Below the pieces are notes generated by a model. It was not told the DNA's origin. It made no database searches and was given only the letters and a program-made list of their open reading frames with translations. Below are positions 1 to 13,195 of a DNA stretch of 64,000 bases, in pieces; position 1 is the first letter of the stretch, and every line of letters begins with the position of its first letter. The position numbers and the translations under genes were made by a program. This stretch comes from Phoronis australis (Eukaryota > Animalia > Phoronida): positions 62,001-126,000 of the forward strand of contig NMRA01000333.1 of assembly GCA_002633005.1 (NCBI GenBank), written 5' to 3'.

Positions 1-414
1 AGACTTTATATAAAGTATGTTTCCCAAACTTAGGAGTGCATAATACATGTTCATAATTGTGTTGCATGGTTAGGAGAAAGTTCCGGGTTCGATCCCCAGT
101 TGGGACACAAGTCTTGTCAAGCTATTGGTCACATCACGTCTGCTATATATATTGCATGTTTGAAGACTAATAATTCTTACTGAACTATTGCCTGTGTTTC
201 ACCTGGATCTGAGTGGCCATTCACAGGCAGAGGTAATGAACCACTTGTGGGTTTCCCAACTGGGCAGGAGAAGTGAGAAAAAATGGACATCGTGTTGCAA
301 AACCTTCCACTAGATCTGTTACACTGATCACCTGAACTTGGGAACAGCAATAAATTGCCATTAGGGGGAATGGTTGTCATAGTTACTGTGATTCAATTTT
401 TGTTAACCTTGCAG

Positions 415-511
415 AGCTGCTGCACAAAGGTGTCGAGACAAGAGGAAAAACTGGATCTCCAGTTTAGAGGGCAAGGCTGAAGAGTTGACTAATCAAAATA
501 CAAGTTTACAA
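415..511 (+). CDS. ATF2: ATF2/ATF7/CREB5-family bZIP transcription factor, basic region and first half of the zipper (internal exon; the 5' exons lie outside the window)
   Basis: Acceptor ttgcag, donor gtaagg. Phase-2 entry translates (R)AAAQRCRDKRKNWISSLEGKAEELTNQNTSLQ, matching the ATF2/ATF7 motif NRAAASRCRQKRKxWVxSLEKKAEDL. Confidence 0.92.
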
Positions 512-625
512 GTAAGGTCATTTGTTTAGCCAATCAAAATGCAAGTTTACAAGTAAGGTCATTTGTTTAGCCAATCAAAATGCAAGTTAGTTATAAGGTC
601 ATTCATTTGTTCAATCAAAATGAAA
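491..625. repeat. 41-bp minisatellite (~3.3 copies) spanning the ATF exon donor site
   Basis: Unit caatcaaaatgcaagtttacaagtaaggtcatttgtttagc is repeated and decays to the right. Confidence 0.9.
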
Positions 626-1033
626 GTGTGCAACAAAATAGTCTTGTTCTTCTGAATTTCATCAAGTTGAAGACATTGGTGGATATCACCCCGGAGACAA
701 AGTTGTTATTTAGGATTTAAAATTAAACAGTGTATTTAGTACAAGAAAACGTGCATAGCGCAGGTTAAAAACATTTAGTACCCTGAATTAATATCAGAAT
801 GATCTGAGATGGTTATCTTGCTGTGGAAAGCAGCAACAGAGGGAGCCGTTACAGTGTCTTGGCTCAGATTATTCCACAATCTAATGGTAGATGGGAAAAA
901 GTTGTGTATGCAAACATTATGCCTACCATGTCAAGCTGCTTTAAGTGCGCCACTTCCATTTGATTTTGGAGAATAAACGCGAAAATGACAACAGTCAAAA
1001 TGATTGATTGTTTATTGCTGTTTCTTTATTTAG

Positions 1034-1142
1034 AATGAGGTAAAATCTCTACGGGAAGAAGTTGCGGAATTGAAGATGATACTTCTTGAGCATAAGGACT
1101 GTCCAATCACGTTGGAGCAGCAAGCACGCGGTGTGCTACCAG
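1034..1142 (+). CDS. ATF2: ATF2/ATF7/CREB5-family bZIP, end-of-zipper exon
   Basis: Acceptor tttatttag, donor gtact. Translates NEVKSLREEVAELKMILLEHKDCPITLEQQARGVLP; the LLxHKDCPxT motif is characteristic of ATF2/ATF7/CREB5. Phase 0 in, phase 1 out. Confidence 0.92.
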
Positions 1143-1897
1143 GTACTCTGTCGACCTATCAGCAGCAGGAGTCGGTTACTGTTAAGAACATTCATTTGAA
1201 ACTATCAGCAACTAGGGAAAAGGCTTCAGAGTTTTTGGGATTGGCCAACCTTAAAATTGCTAATTCGAAAATGACGCATGTACACAATGCCCGTGTCTCG
1301 ACTTGCAAGTTCATTTAACAGTTAAAGATTGTATGAGTGTGGTAATAAATCCCAAAGTGCTTTGCTTGAGAATTCATCATTGACAGCTAAGTACCAGCAA
1401 ACTGGCCTTTGATTGGTTGATGTCATTATACTGAAGATTTGTTGTTCAACTATTGACACTTTTGAACGAGTGAACCTGTGGTCAAGTTTTTGCAAAGCAA
1501 ATAGTTTTCTCCGTAGTAGCTGTTACATCCAGTTGTGCTTTTGGTTTCTTTGTTAAAAGTATCCTTTCGTGGGACCGATTTTATCCAAGGTTGTAAGTCT
1601 AATCGTAGCTGAGACAGTCCATCTTCATGTTTCGTTGTTAAACAATTCATGAACCTGTCATTGAGTATGATCTGCTGCGGTCATACTAATGTTTTATTCT
1701 GTTTTAAAATGCAGCTTTGCCTTCATTATAATGTGTCTGTGCCCGGACTGTAAACCTTCAATGAATGAGTGCCTGGTGTTATATTGAAAATTTAACAGCT
1801 TGGCTCTTCATTTGCGGGTTCGAGCCACAAAACATCCACTTGACAGTTGTCCAGGTGTTGGTATCTTTTCACTTGACCTCTGTTATTATCTCTGCAG

Positions 1898-2160
1898 GCA
1901 ATCTAGTGTTCAACTCTCCCCTCAGTCCCACCGGGGATATGGTTGTCATAGATGGCTCTAGCAGCACAGTGCCACAACTGGGCAGGCTGAGAGGTGCTAC
2001 AGTTCACACCGCTGTCCCCTTGGCTAGACTCGTGTCAGGCACCGGCGCCTCAGAGGTTCCTGTTGCCAGATTATTAAGCAGTGCCACCACCACAACCACA
2101 CAAACAGAGAAGCCACTGCAGGTATTGACGATCAAAAATCCGCCTTTGAAAAAGAAGTGA
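1898..2160 (+). CDS. ATF2: ATF2/ATF7-family gene, terminal coding exon
   Basis: Acceptor tctctgcag; phase 1 matches the previous exon. Reads GNLVFNSPLSPTGDMVV...PLQVLTIKNPPLKKK-stop, followed by a long T-rich 3'UTR-like region with AATAAA near 2873 and 3062. Confidence 0.8.
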
Positions 2161-4829
2161 TGAAATTCGAAACGAACAGTAACTGAAGTAGTATCGATCT
2201 TGATTGTAACATGGTTTTATTGTCGTTTGTGTTGATTTTGACTGAAATTTGTATATGTTATGCTAGACTTGTATCAGTCTTACGTTTACTTAAACATTGG
2301 CATAACGGCTAAATATCGTTGATGGTGCCTTTTTTATGGAAGTTATGAGGAAATTGTGATCAAAAGCTGGTGAAAATTGGATGGAAGAGGAAATATTTAG
2401 AGAATTTTGGCTCTGAAGTTTTAATGATTTTTGTATAGTGATTTGGTTTGTTAATTTTTGAAATTCCTGCCTATACCAGTTTCTATCAAGAATTTATAAT
2501 CTTTTTCATCATTTAGACACAGTAGTTGGTTGAGTGGTGTGCAAACTATGTCAGTATTCCAACTAATGGTTTGAAAGATTGAATTTAGTTCACTGGGCTG
2601 GAAGTTTAAGCATCATTTAGTTACTTAGTGATGATTTTACGGTTAATTAAAGTTTTAAGTAACTTAACTGGCTGTTTTGTTGTAAACAATATGTCTAACC
2701 TTAGGGGGAAAATGTGTTGGCTAGCACTATAGTACTCACGGGAGTGGACACGTTTCTATAAACTTTGCGATTAACCTACAATTCTTTTCAAAATATATTG
2801 ACCACTATATGGGCCTTAGTTTTAGAGTAAATTCTGCTGTTGATCTCTGATTTCATCTCAAGTTTTATCCTTAATAAATGATAACTGGCAGGATTTTGTG
2901 AATTTTTTTAACGCCTGTCCCTCTGAGGGAAGTTTTCATTTTCATAGTCAGTGGGGACGCTATTGTTTTTCATTTGATAGATGTGCGCTTTTCTGAGCTG
3001 TCATCTGACTTATTACTGGCAAAATATGCTATTCCAACAGCACTGTTTGAAGGTAGTGAAAAATAAAATTGAAACTGAGTTCAAGGTAAATGTTTATATT
3101 AAGTGTCTCAGAAAACCAGATTAAATGTTCGTTTTGGGCTTGGAGGAGGTAACAAGTCCGCATAATGGCTTAAAATTTTTTTGTTGTAAATCGTGTGTCA
3201 TTCATACACAACAGGTCTTTTAACATGCAAGGTTAGTGAAAGTAGTTCTTTGTGAAGCCTGTTCTTGTCATACAACTGTCCCTGTTGGACTGTGTGCCAA
3301 CTAAACCTAGCTTAACAAAGGGTTTATGGTCCTGGCAGAGAAGGTAAGTGTTCATTACCCTCTATGGGGTTTGAATAGCCAAGCCTAGAATGTTATGATA
3401 AATCATGCGTCCATTAAAAGCTGACTATTTGTGGAATCTGTTAAGTGTGTTGCTCTCAGTCTTCTGTTGGTCTGAGGTCATTTAGAGTTATTATTAGACA
3501 TAAAGTTGTCGCTGAAATTTTGTCATTGCTGCCATTACAGATAGACACTGGGTTATACTTTAATTCAGTATTTGATTTGTGGATGTAAAAATATCTGTTA
3601 AGTTTATATCTCAGACCTGTACATTTGGTTCTGTAAATACATGTACTTAAAATATTTCAAAATCAGCATTGGTAAAACTATTTTTTCGATTTGCTGTTGA
3701 TTTATCACTTTTTGTTTTAACACAATACAATTTTTCTTGTCATTGTTTCAAAACTTTATGGTTTTGTTCGTTTGTGAAGTATATGCACCGTGAACAAGTA
3801 TTGTAGAGCGATGGCAATCGGTGTCTGTATATTATTTATTTTTAAATCGTGTCATTTGTCTGGTATGAAAAGTCATCGTTTGAAATCAAATGTGTATCAT
3901 AAAGAGATATTCCTTATAAGCTTCTGTGTTGTAGTTGCTTCACAGTTTCACAACCGCTGGTAAATCTCATTACTTACTGGCAGTGTGCCATTGGGTCTTC
4001 AAAACCACGACTTCTTGTTTGTACAAAAGAGTGAATACTGTATGCTCTTTTCAGTATCCAAATTTGAAAATAGTGATCCATGTTTACAGCAGAGACTCTT
4101 TTTCGCAGTTAACCTAAAATTAGCCATCCGACGTGCGCCGAAACATACGACCTATCCTTGTAACGAAACTGAAAAATTAACACTGTTTCAACAGAACGCT
4201 CCAATATCCACCTTATGCTATAGTGTGTGTTCCTGCTGTGTTTAACACAGCACAGTTACAAAAAAAACGCCCCCAAAACTCACTTTAGACTAGAGTATGT
4301 GCCCCCACGGGGTTTGTCGGAAAACGGGGGACCATCAGATAATGCTAGTATCTCGCAAGATAAACAAAACTTCTCCAGATCATGCGAGTAAAAGCGAGTA
4401 TTTCCGAATTGATAGTATCCTCGGGAACCTACCTGCCTGTACTTGCCAAAATGGCAGCCACTGAAATTATTGGTCAGTGTGTTGAATTAGTGGATTGAAA
4501 TTGTGAATTTGGGGATTGAATTTACTTGTCTCCGCTCCATAAGCGATTTTTTCTTTCCTCAAGTGTTCTCTAGTGTATTGCCGTCTGCTGAGTGCTACAT
4601 TGTTTTAGGGCCGTAGTTGCTACCAGTGCTTTGTGTTGTGTAATTGACGTGGAAAATGACCCGTGGTTGAATCTCAGTTATCGCAATGATAGCTCATTGG
4701 TTATCGTATTCTCCCTGAAGGCTGGGATCAAGCCTCGTCCCCAAGCTTCAAGATGGCGCTGATCAGTTTATCCAGTTGAGCAGAGACCGTAGAGAGGGAG
4801 ACAAATCTAGCGAAATTCCGTTATTGTGT

Positions 4830-5120
4830 CATGGACTGTGGCGACACCTAGCGGGTGTGTGTGCGCCGACGAAGTACGCGAGGCGTCGACTACCATGGCC
4901 CATTTTGATTCGTCAAATACAAAATTATGAAAGGTCTTTGTTTAAAATATTGAGAACAAAAAATGAGCGGTGTATTGGAAAAATACACATAGGCAAAATA
5001 TAGAGTAAATCAAGAAAAAATTGGGCAGCGCAGGTAATATAAATTACGAGAAATACATAACTGGCAAGATGGGTGATTGTTTATTGCACACACGCCCGCT
5101 AGACATCTCTACGGTCCATG
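4830..5120. mobile_element. MITE-like element with ~35-bp imperfect terminal inverted repeats
   Basis: catggactgtggcgacacctagcgggtgtgtgtgc at 4830 versus gcacacacgcccgctagacatctctacggtccatg ending at 5120. No clear TSD. Confidence 0.6.
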
Positions 5121-6940
5121 AAATTACAATGTCCGCCAGTGGCCGCCCAATGGCGGCGGCCAGTGACATTAGTCTTCTTAACGTCTTTGGTTCTAACTAA
5201 CTAAGACAGCAACTACTCGCGCGCTCATGGCAACCAAACTAATGCAGAAACTTTAGTTTCACACTGCATTTGCCTTGTATTTACTTTCCGAAAATGATAA
5301 AGCTAATGAAATCATCTTCATAATATTCTTTTCCACGATAGGATTCAATTCCATTGCCAATAAGAGCATAAAAACCATCAGCGTCTCGAGAAAACGCTTC
5401 AGAGATTATTGTGTTTGGCCAACACTTACATTCACATTTCGATAATGGCGCGTGTACGCATTGCCTGTTCATCATATCGGGAATAATACGCTTACACGAA
5501 AGTCATGCATTTCTAAAGATGTGCGGGAATTTTCACCGCTCGTCCTTCTGAGCAGCTTTTACCAGGATCAAAGATAGCGTGGCGCTGGAGTCAGGTACAG
5601 CTGTGATGACCGCATTGCCCGATGCGAGCAAGACACAATTAAGCGTAATTAGCCAACCATAAACTGTATTAAACATCTCTGACAGTACGTAATGGCGAAT
5701 TTTCAATATGCATTAACCTCTAATTTTCGTTAAAAACGAACACCATTCAGCTGGAAAAACAACCAAGTACGGTTTTTCGATTTTAAAAAATCGACGAACT
5801 AATAATCTAAAAACTTCAACCATTGGGTACGATTGAAGATAAACTACCGCGCGTATTGCTATACTCAGTGGATATACAAACGCTGAACAGAGTTAACAAT
5901 ATCACATGGATTCATTTTCTTAATATTCTTTCAATCTCGTTTAACCAGATATTTGACTAGAAAACAGCTGTACTTGACATGTGCCCACGTTTCATTTTTA
6001 TTACTGAAAAAAGGGCTAGAATTGTTATTTAGTCAGTGACACCGAAATTGTCCAGAGATTCCAAATCTTCAGTTTGGTTATCACCATATTTGCCCTTTGT
6101 TATATGTTTTATGATTTGAGTTCTAATAAAGATTAAACTTCAATGACACGTGAAATGTTTAGTATACCTGTAATGTGGAAAGTTCAGGAATGGGCTCACA
6201 ATGAACTTAACTAATTAAGTTTCCTTGGCGATCAAAATCTACCACTGTTCTTGTACTTCAAGCTGAAAACTTGTATAAAAAGCTATCAATCCGTTTCTGG
6301 TAAAAAAAACAAGTGGGCAGAAGCATTAAAAATTAAATAACGAAAATCAATATGAAACATATCGTTCCTTTTGGGAAGTGACCCTTTGTGAAGGTAAACA
6401 CAAGTTAACCTTTTTATTCATTTTGTAATATTTATAAAGTACCAAGTTAAAACTACTCTCCAGAGTTGCAGGCTGTAACTCTGCAAATGTCAGAGAAAAT
6501 CAAATTGTGGATAATAACAACAACCATTGTTGAGACAGTAATGCTAGCTATTACCTTTCCACTTCATTAGCTCAGATCTACATCAATACAAAGGGCGTGC
6601 TGAATAGGCATTGTAAAAGTTGGCGGGGCTAAGGGAATCTGAGCGGTGACCAGTGCAAGCGAGAAATTGTCCACATGTTCAGTAACAACCAAAGATTGGA
6701 TGGAAGCAGTAATGTTCTTAACCCCAAACCACATTGGTTAGGATTTCAACGTCGACGGCCAAATTCCTAGAGAAATACCCCTTAAGCGAACTAATTGGAA
6801 GAATTAAAGGCAAGAAAAACTAAGTTGCCATGACGTCCTCGAAACGGTATACAACATAAATTGACATATACGTGTATACGTCATTATGAAAATAATTTAT
6901 GAGACAAACATTCTATCACATCTGACGCAGCCAAGTCAAG

Positions 6941-7163
6941 TTATTTTTGAAATTCATCCTGGTACGGGAATTGGTGATAGTTAGGCCTATAAAAGATCTT
7001 TAACCCAGCCGCAGAGCGCCTAAAGCCGCGCACCGTACCAGTGACTGCTGGCAACTTAGTCATCGGAGACTCAACTTTAACATCCTTCGCCGCAGAGATA
7101 ACAACTCTTGGGCTGTCTCCGGTGAGTCCATTCTTTGTTGAATGATGTTTAGGTAAACTAAAC
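6941..7163 (-). CDS. Candidate terminal exon of an uncharacterised 142-aa two-exon gene
   Basis: Acceptor aatttatttag. Phase-2 open frame FSLPKHHSTKNGLTGDSPRVVISAAKDVKVESPMTKLPAVTGTVRGFRRSAAGLKIFYRPNYHQFPYQDEFQK-stop. Minus-strand AATAAA near 6413. Confidence 0.4.
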
Positions 7164-8573
7164 CTAAATAAATTATAATGTATTGTAACCATCAGATTCA
7201 CTGGGACCTTAAGCCAACAAAGCTGGAGGCAAATTCTCTATCCCCTGATAAAAGCGCGAGATTCCATCGGGCGTGCTGTATGCGACGGGTCCAGGATACA
7301 AGTTGGTTGTGTACAAAAGACAATTTTTTTGGTGTGGTCGATGCAGAGACACATAGTGACGTAGGTCAATTGGAAACTAGGAATGGCTATGATACTGATA
7401 CTATATGTTTACCGTCAATTAAAAATATCCTCTAGATTTTTTTCTAGTAAAGCAATCTAATTGCATTTTAGAAGCAACAAGTTTCCTGCCAACTTTAAGC
7501 AAACATAAATCATTGAGCATGAATAGATGCTCAGTTAGTTGATCACGTGCATCTCTAGACGCCTTTGGTTTTACTACTGTTACAAAAGCTTTTGAGCCTT
7601 GTTAGTAATAAACTGATCACATACAGGTCACAGTGAACCCTATAATATGAGATAACCACTGTATGTCCTTTCACGTTTCACCAAAAAGTTGCATTTCGTC
7701 CCCTTTAGCAGGCTAAAGGCGAATAAGGCATTATGCTCTCCGTAAAAATATGTCCATGATGTTCCTTACTCTGATTCTTTTGTCGTTACCAACAAAGACA
7801 TTGAAACCATCAGTGACTCAAGAAAACGATTCAGAGTAAATGGGATTGGTCAACCCTAAAATCACAAATTCGAAAATGGCGAATGTACTTACATGTATTG
7901 CCTGGGACTTGAGGTGGTAACGGAAATAGAATCCTATTATGGGATGGAATATTACGAGACCGAATAATAGGAGTAAAAGGCATAATTCAATTTACATTTT
8001 TGGACAGTTCCTGGCGAATTGCGGCTTTAAATGTTCATTTTGTATCTTAAGGTTAATGTAAAGGACTTTATCAAAGTCTGTTTATTTAGCCAAATATTTT
8101 CAAAACAATAGATTTTAAGTATATCCGTGAGATTGCATATTTTCTCAATTTGTTTACTCTACCTAATTAGATATTCAAGATGGTGGACAAAACTGTGGAC
8201 GTGTGTACAGATCTGAGATGGCGCAGTTCGCCGAAGCAGAATGTGATCGTAATTTTGGTTTGCAGGTAAAAAAATACTAAAAAATTATAACGAAGTGTCA
8301 CAAAATTTCCGATAACAAACTGATGTGACATGTACATAACCTTGTGGAAGAAGAAAGGGTGATTGAAGAAACGGTGCGACTGAAAAGAAATTGCCCAATA
8401 GCTGACGTTCTATTTCATGGCGTTGAAAGTCGAAGCACATGATCGCTCCACAAATTTAGCAAAATGAAAACAGTAGTATTTTTAGGACCTGTAGCTAATT
8501 CAGTTTAATCAAGGAAGAGTGCAGTTGTTGTTAACACTACTTTTGTGTCAGACTTTCTTTAGGAAGTTTTTAC

Positions 8574-8779
8574 CTGCATACCTCCAAAGCTGTACTGATA
8601 TTTATACACTTCGAGGCAGTAGTCACGTGCAGATGTCCCGGATGTTGAAAACCAGTTTGATGCCCGTTATCAAGTGGAGAAAGCTGGTTCTCAAAATGTG
8701 GGACCCCTGTGCCACTGTTGCCAGCTTTTGTACCAAATCGCGCCAATTTCAAGAACCGTTTATCCCCACTGTGTTTCAT
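8574..8779 (-). CDS. Candidate first coding exon of the same uncharacterised gene
   Basis: ATG at 8779, MKHSGDKRFLKLARFGTKAG...STALEVC, donor CAG|gtaaaa in phase 2 matching the 7163 acceptor. Perfect CRE TGACGTCA at 8922-8929 upstream. Confidence 0.4.
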
Positions 8780-10076
8780 TAGATGGCGATTATATCATGT
8801 TGTGGTGTTGGGATTGTGAAATGAGTTGATATGAATACTATAAGACAAGCAGTTTCTTCTTTAATAATTCATGTTTGTATAAACTGATGCCAGACGTCTA
8901 CTCTTGGGTTTGCTTATTGTGTGACGTCATCGTGAAATTTGATGTCGCGCGCTATTATTTAATGCCTTCAAGTAGTAAAAAGAATCTCGACCCAATCTAA
9001 CTTTTTTTCAACTTGAATAATCTGTTATTTAAAATAAAAAATAACATTCAAACGTTTTGTATGTCATAAACGTAACGACATTTTGCGGCTTTTTGGCAAA
9101 CTGTGTACAATCCCCGTAGGAAAAAACAAAATAATCAATTGTTTGAAATTGATGTTTTATCTATGTACCATAATTGCAGGTCTTCTGGCACACGTTGTAC
9201 CAGACGTGAGCAGTCCGATACACTGATGAACAGAAACCTTTTTTATGCTTTATCAGTGTGTAGTTAAACTAGAGACCTGAACCAAGGGTTAAGTAGTGTG
9301 CGTTAGTGGTACTCGAACCCACGAACGAAGCGGACCCTTAGCCCACTAAGCCATATTGCCTCCTCTTAAGTTAAACACGAGTAACATTTACTGAAAATTT
9401 GTAAGAAACCATGCTTCATATTTTATTGTTTGACCTCAAAAAATAGAGAAGTCGTCCCCCAACTCCCCTTTTTAAACATCGGCAGCATGTTCGAGAAAGA
9501 AATCTGATACATGGTTCTCTCAGGTGTGACCACAAAATAAGTGTAGAAAATTTCAGGCGAATCGAACAGCGTATTGTAAAGAGGAAGTCGACATCCAACC
9601 TGCTAAAAGTGTAGAAAATCAAAACACCTGAAAATGGCATATAAATCGTCACACATATGTACATGCAATTGAAATCCGTATCCGGCGCGTAAAGAATATT
9701 ATGCGAAATAATTAAACTACAGGTCTAATTCGATACAGCTATGAATATTGAATTTTTGAAATGTTGACAGCCCATGCACTTTTATCATAAGAACTGGATC
9801 TGTCTATATTCAGAAAGGCATGTTTTCTACTCCACAAGATTCTATGCGGCCACCATAATTTTCTCTCCGGAGATGAATTAATAAAATAGTTGAGTGAATT
9901 GATCGTGTTTTGCAGATTATTAAGAGTCGTAAGCGGGGGCATCAGGGATTTTGCCAACAATTATTCTTTTGCGAGGTATAAATTTTTAACGTTCATAGAT
10001 ACGCTTGCCTTTGTTGTCATCAATTTGAAACAATGAAAGATGTCAGAAAAATAGTAACCTTTCTTAAGTTGGAGGT

Positions 10077-10175
10077 CTCTCTGTCTCTCACCCTCCCTCC
10101 CATTCTCCCTCCCTCCCTTCCTCCCTCCCTCTCTCTCCCTCTCTCTNCCCCCCCTCCTCTCTCTCTCTCTCTGCT
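10077..10175. repeat. CT/CCCT-rich microsatellite
   Basis: Run of (ct)n and (ccct)n. Confidence 0.9.
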
Positions 10176-10544
10176 TCCCTTATTTAATTTCATGTTTAAG
10201 TTTATAGCGACAACTCTCAAGTCATTCAACTCTGCAGGCTATTTTGTGATCCGCCAGCATAACTCCAAGATTTAAACATATTTTTATTAACTTTTGTTTC
10301 CTTTACACTGGTTTGATTACAGTAAAAGTATTGGCTGTCTTCTTCCCCTTGAATGCATTAAAAGGTGTTCACTGCAATTCTTTTCTTGGTTCCATTTATT
10401 TGGATGAAATCTCCCACTTATTCAATGGTGTGAGTACAGTCATTGCTTAATGGTCTGACATCAGCTGCATGAAACAAGAATTTCTGACTCCGTGCGTAGT
10501 TCACAGTTTTTTTATTAAAATAACTTGACGTTAAAAAATGTGAG

Positions 10545-10735
10545 CATAACCCGGGAAATCGCTGTCGCATTATACCCAGGCTCTCCATCACTCTTGTGCA
10601 GTCATTCACTAGTAAGACCGAGCTCAGAGGAGCAGGAGACACCTTTGTGCAATGCTCGATTGTCAGCCAGTAAAGCCAAGATTCGAACCACGGGTCTCCC
10701 AAACGGGAGTCCGGAGCTCAAACCTGTAAGCCACA
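10545..10735 (-). mobile_element. tRNA-derived SINE
   Basis: Minus strand shows an A-box-like TGGCTTACAGG and B-box GGTTCGAATC at tRNA-like spacing, followed by a non-tRNA body. No complete cloverleaf. Confidence 0.6.
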
Positions 10736-13102
10736 CTGTCTCCGTGATCTGCATTTAAAAGAGAATCGTGTGAAACACAAAACTGGAAGAAGTCATGAAC
10801 AAATGCATTTATTGATCACAATCCATTTTCCAACTATGGCGCGTATGAATATGATATATGATATATTAGTTGTTTGTTGCGCTGCACTTGTAAAACCATT
10901 CATATTTAATATTCCTAAAAACTGGCCCCATTTATTGAAATCATGAGATCACAGTTTGCTAGTGCAGACTGACATTCAATCAAAAACAGCCTCGATATGA
11001 CATAAGTAAACCCATTTGCCCTTTGATAGTTTTGACTCCACAGTTAAAGTTCACACGGTTATCTACCCCCGGTAAACATGGTCACTGAACACTTTTCAAT
11101 ATGACAAGAGGCAACATAGTAACAAGTATTGTCCGGGCAGGATGCATAGTGTTGCTCGTAGTATTTGGACGGTTTCTAACCGATTGATCATCGAAGACGA
11201 AGCCTCGCAGTATTTAGGTTTTATTATTCCGGCCACGGCTTTGCTTCCGACCTCTTATTAATAGCCACCATCCGAACATGAAAAGTTGCGACGTTAGTAT
11301 CCCGGCCGTCTGCGCCTGTTGTTTATTAGCAACACGTATGCTAATATTTGGGGTTTATTACCCTAAGGCCTAAGCGAGCTTAAGTCACATTGTAACTGAC
11401 CCGTCCTGATCGATTCAAAAATTAATGCGCGTGGCTTAGCCCCGGTGCTGAAGAAAACCTATTCAATAATTTCTCTTAAAATGCATGATTGATTTAAATA
11501 TTCGAAGACGGCTAATATTTACTATTCGGTTTTTAAAAACAGTCATGTTGGTCGTTTGCCTTACTTATAGTTCCCTTTTTGACTTTGAAGCGTTATTTTA
11601 TGACCGCATTTATCTCATCCAATACACTTTCGGCCAAGCCCATAAATAGCGAATAGCTCACTTCATTTTTTGACGGCGCCACCAAACTTTTGACTTGCCG
11701 AGGAATTCACGAAAGGTGCACGCTTTCTCGTCGTGCAAATCTTGTTACCGTAAGGGTTGCCTAATGAATGCCTCTCGCTGATCAATGAGTAGATTCGTAT
11801 GAAGCCCATGACAAAGAAATCTTGGTCTTAGAGTTGTATCCGTTTGCTAAACATGCCTATTTTTATCATCCTTATCTTCGGCCGGGGTTCATGTTAATCA
11901 CGTGACTGCACCGTCAAACGAACTCGCATTTCTTGCACAAGTAGTTATTGTGCAAAACATGACAGTACGCATTTTCCTGAAAGTCTTTGGTACCAACTAG
12001 TAACTGCGTACCATTTGGACTTGCAATAAAAACAACAGTTGGTAGAGTGACTACGACCGGCAAGTCTAATCTCCATCTCAGACTCAGTTGTATGGTGGAC
12101 TTGTATCCGATTGGTCGCAGCGACACCACGCGGAAGAGTTTCCGAAAGAGCCCCATTCACGTGTAAGCGGATGGGAGAGTATGAGCTGTTTAAACCTATA
12201 TTTTTCGCAGGATGCCGACTAGATTGTCAAAAGGTTGCTAATACACCATTCTAAAACATTCAGCATTATTACAAATTCCAGTTAGAACCACTTTTGCTCC
12301 ACTTTGGAGCGCATTTTAAAAACGATGATTTCAGTATTAAACCGGTCAGCCCAGGTCAGTATTCATAGATAAACCAAACAGCAAGTCTTCAATTCCCTGC
12401 TATTAAAATTTCAATTGCATTACAAATGCAGCATGTTGCTATCGCCGATCACAAAGGCATCGGCTGATCAGCGAAGGTAAAAATAAGCAGTATTCACGCA
12501 GGGATGGCATATATATTTCATCAAGAACTATTTTAAGAGAAATATACATTTCATTGTTAGGTTCCAATAGAGCGCAATGCAAAAATCTACTTGTTTACCT
12601 AGTTCTGTACCACGCGACTGCGCACGCAGTGCACATGCTCAACGCTGAACCGCGGACTGCACCACTGATGACACCTACCGGCATATTGAATTACTGATAT
12701 ACAACAATTGATTCAGTCTCACAAGACCTGCAACTCTTTTCTTTTCGGAGCTATTTATCGCGGCGCGTGGCATTAGGATTTTTGATCAGGCAGGATTCGT
12801 CCAAGCTAAATCTCGCAATAAGGGGATTATAAAGATACCAGTTAACGCGGTAAGCCACTGTTTTGTATTTCCTTGTGTTTCATGAGGTTGATGACACGAT
12901 ACAGTGTACCACAGAAATCAATGAGTGTTGACATCACGTCACTACTCAATGCCATCTGCGGGAAAAACGTGTTTTAAGGTCGTGTTTTGGGTCGGACTCC
13001 ATTTTGTAAATAATGCAACTTGCATTACGATAACGTTTAAGACACACGATGCTACCTGAGCTGAATTGGAAAAAGTTTCTTAAGTTTAGCTATGATGGAC
13101 CT

Positions 13103-13195
13103 ATCGTCTGTCAAACTGACTCATTGTCTGTCAAACTGACTCATTGTCTGTCAAACTGACTCATTGTCTGTCAAACTGACTCATCGTCTGTCAAA
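13103..13195. repeat. 20-bp minisatellite, ~4.6 copies, containing four AP-1 sites (TGACTCA)
   Basis: Unit tcattgtctgtcaaactgac; TGACTCA at 13117, 13137, 13157 and 13177. Confidence 0.95.

Noticed and set aside
60-170. tRNA-like B box (gggttcgatcccc), also at ~9310 (minus) and ~28058
   Set aside because: No cloverleaf; probably decayed SINE heads rather than tRNA genes.
9222-9240. CTGATGA...GAAAC hammerhead-like core
   Set aside because: No stem II between the boxes and no NUH or stem I pairing.
10020-10275. Pro/Leu/Ser-rich and Arg/Glu/Gly-rich ORFs
   Set aside because: Translations of the CT microsatellite.
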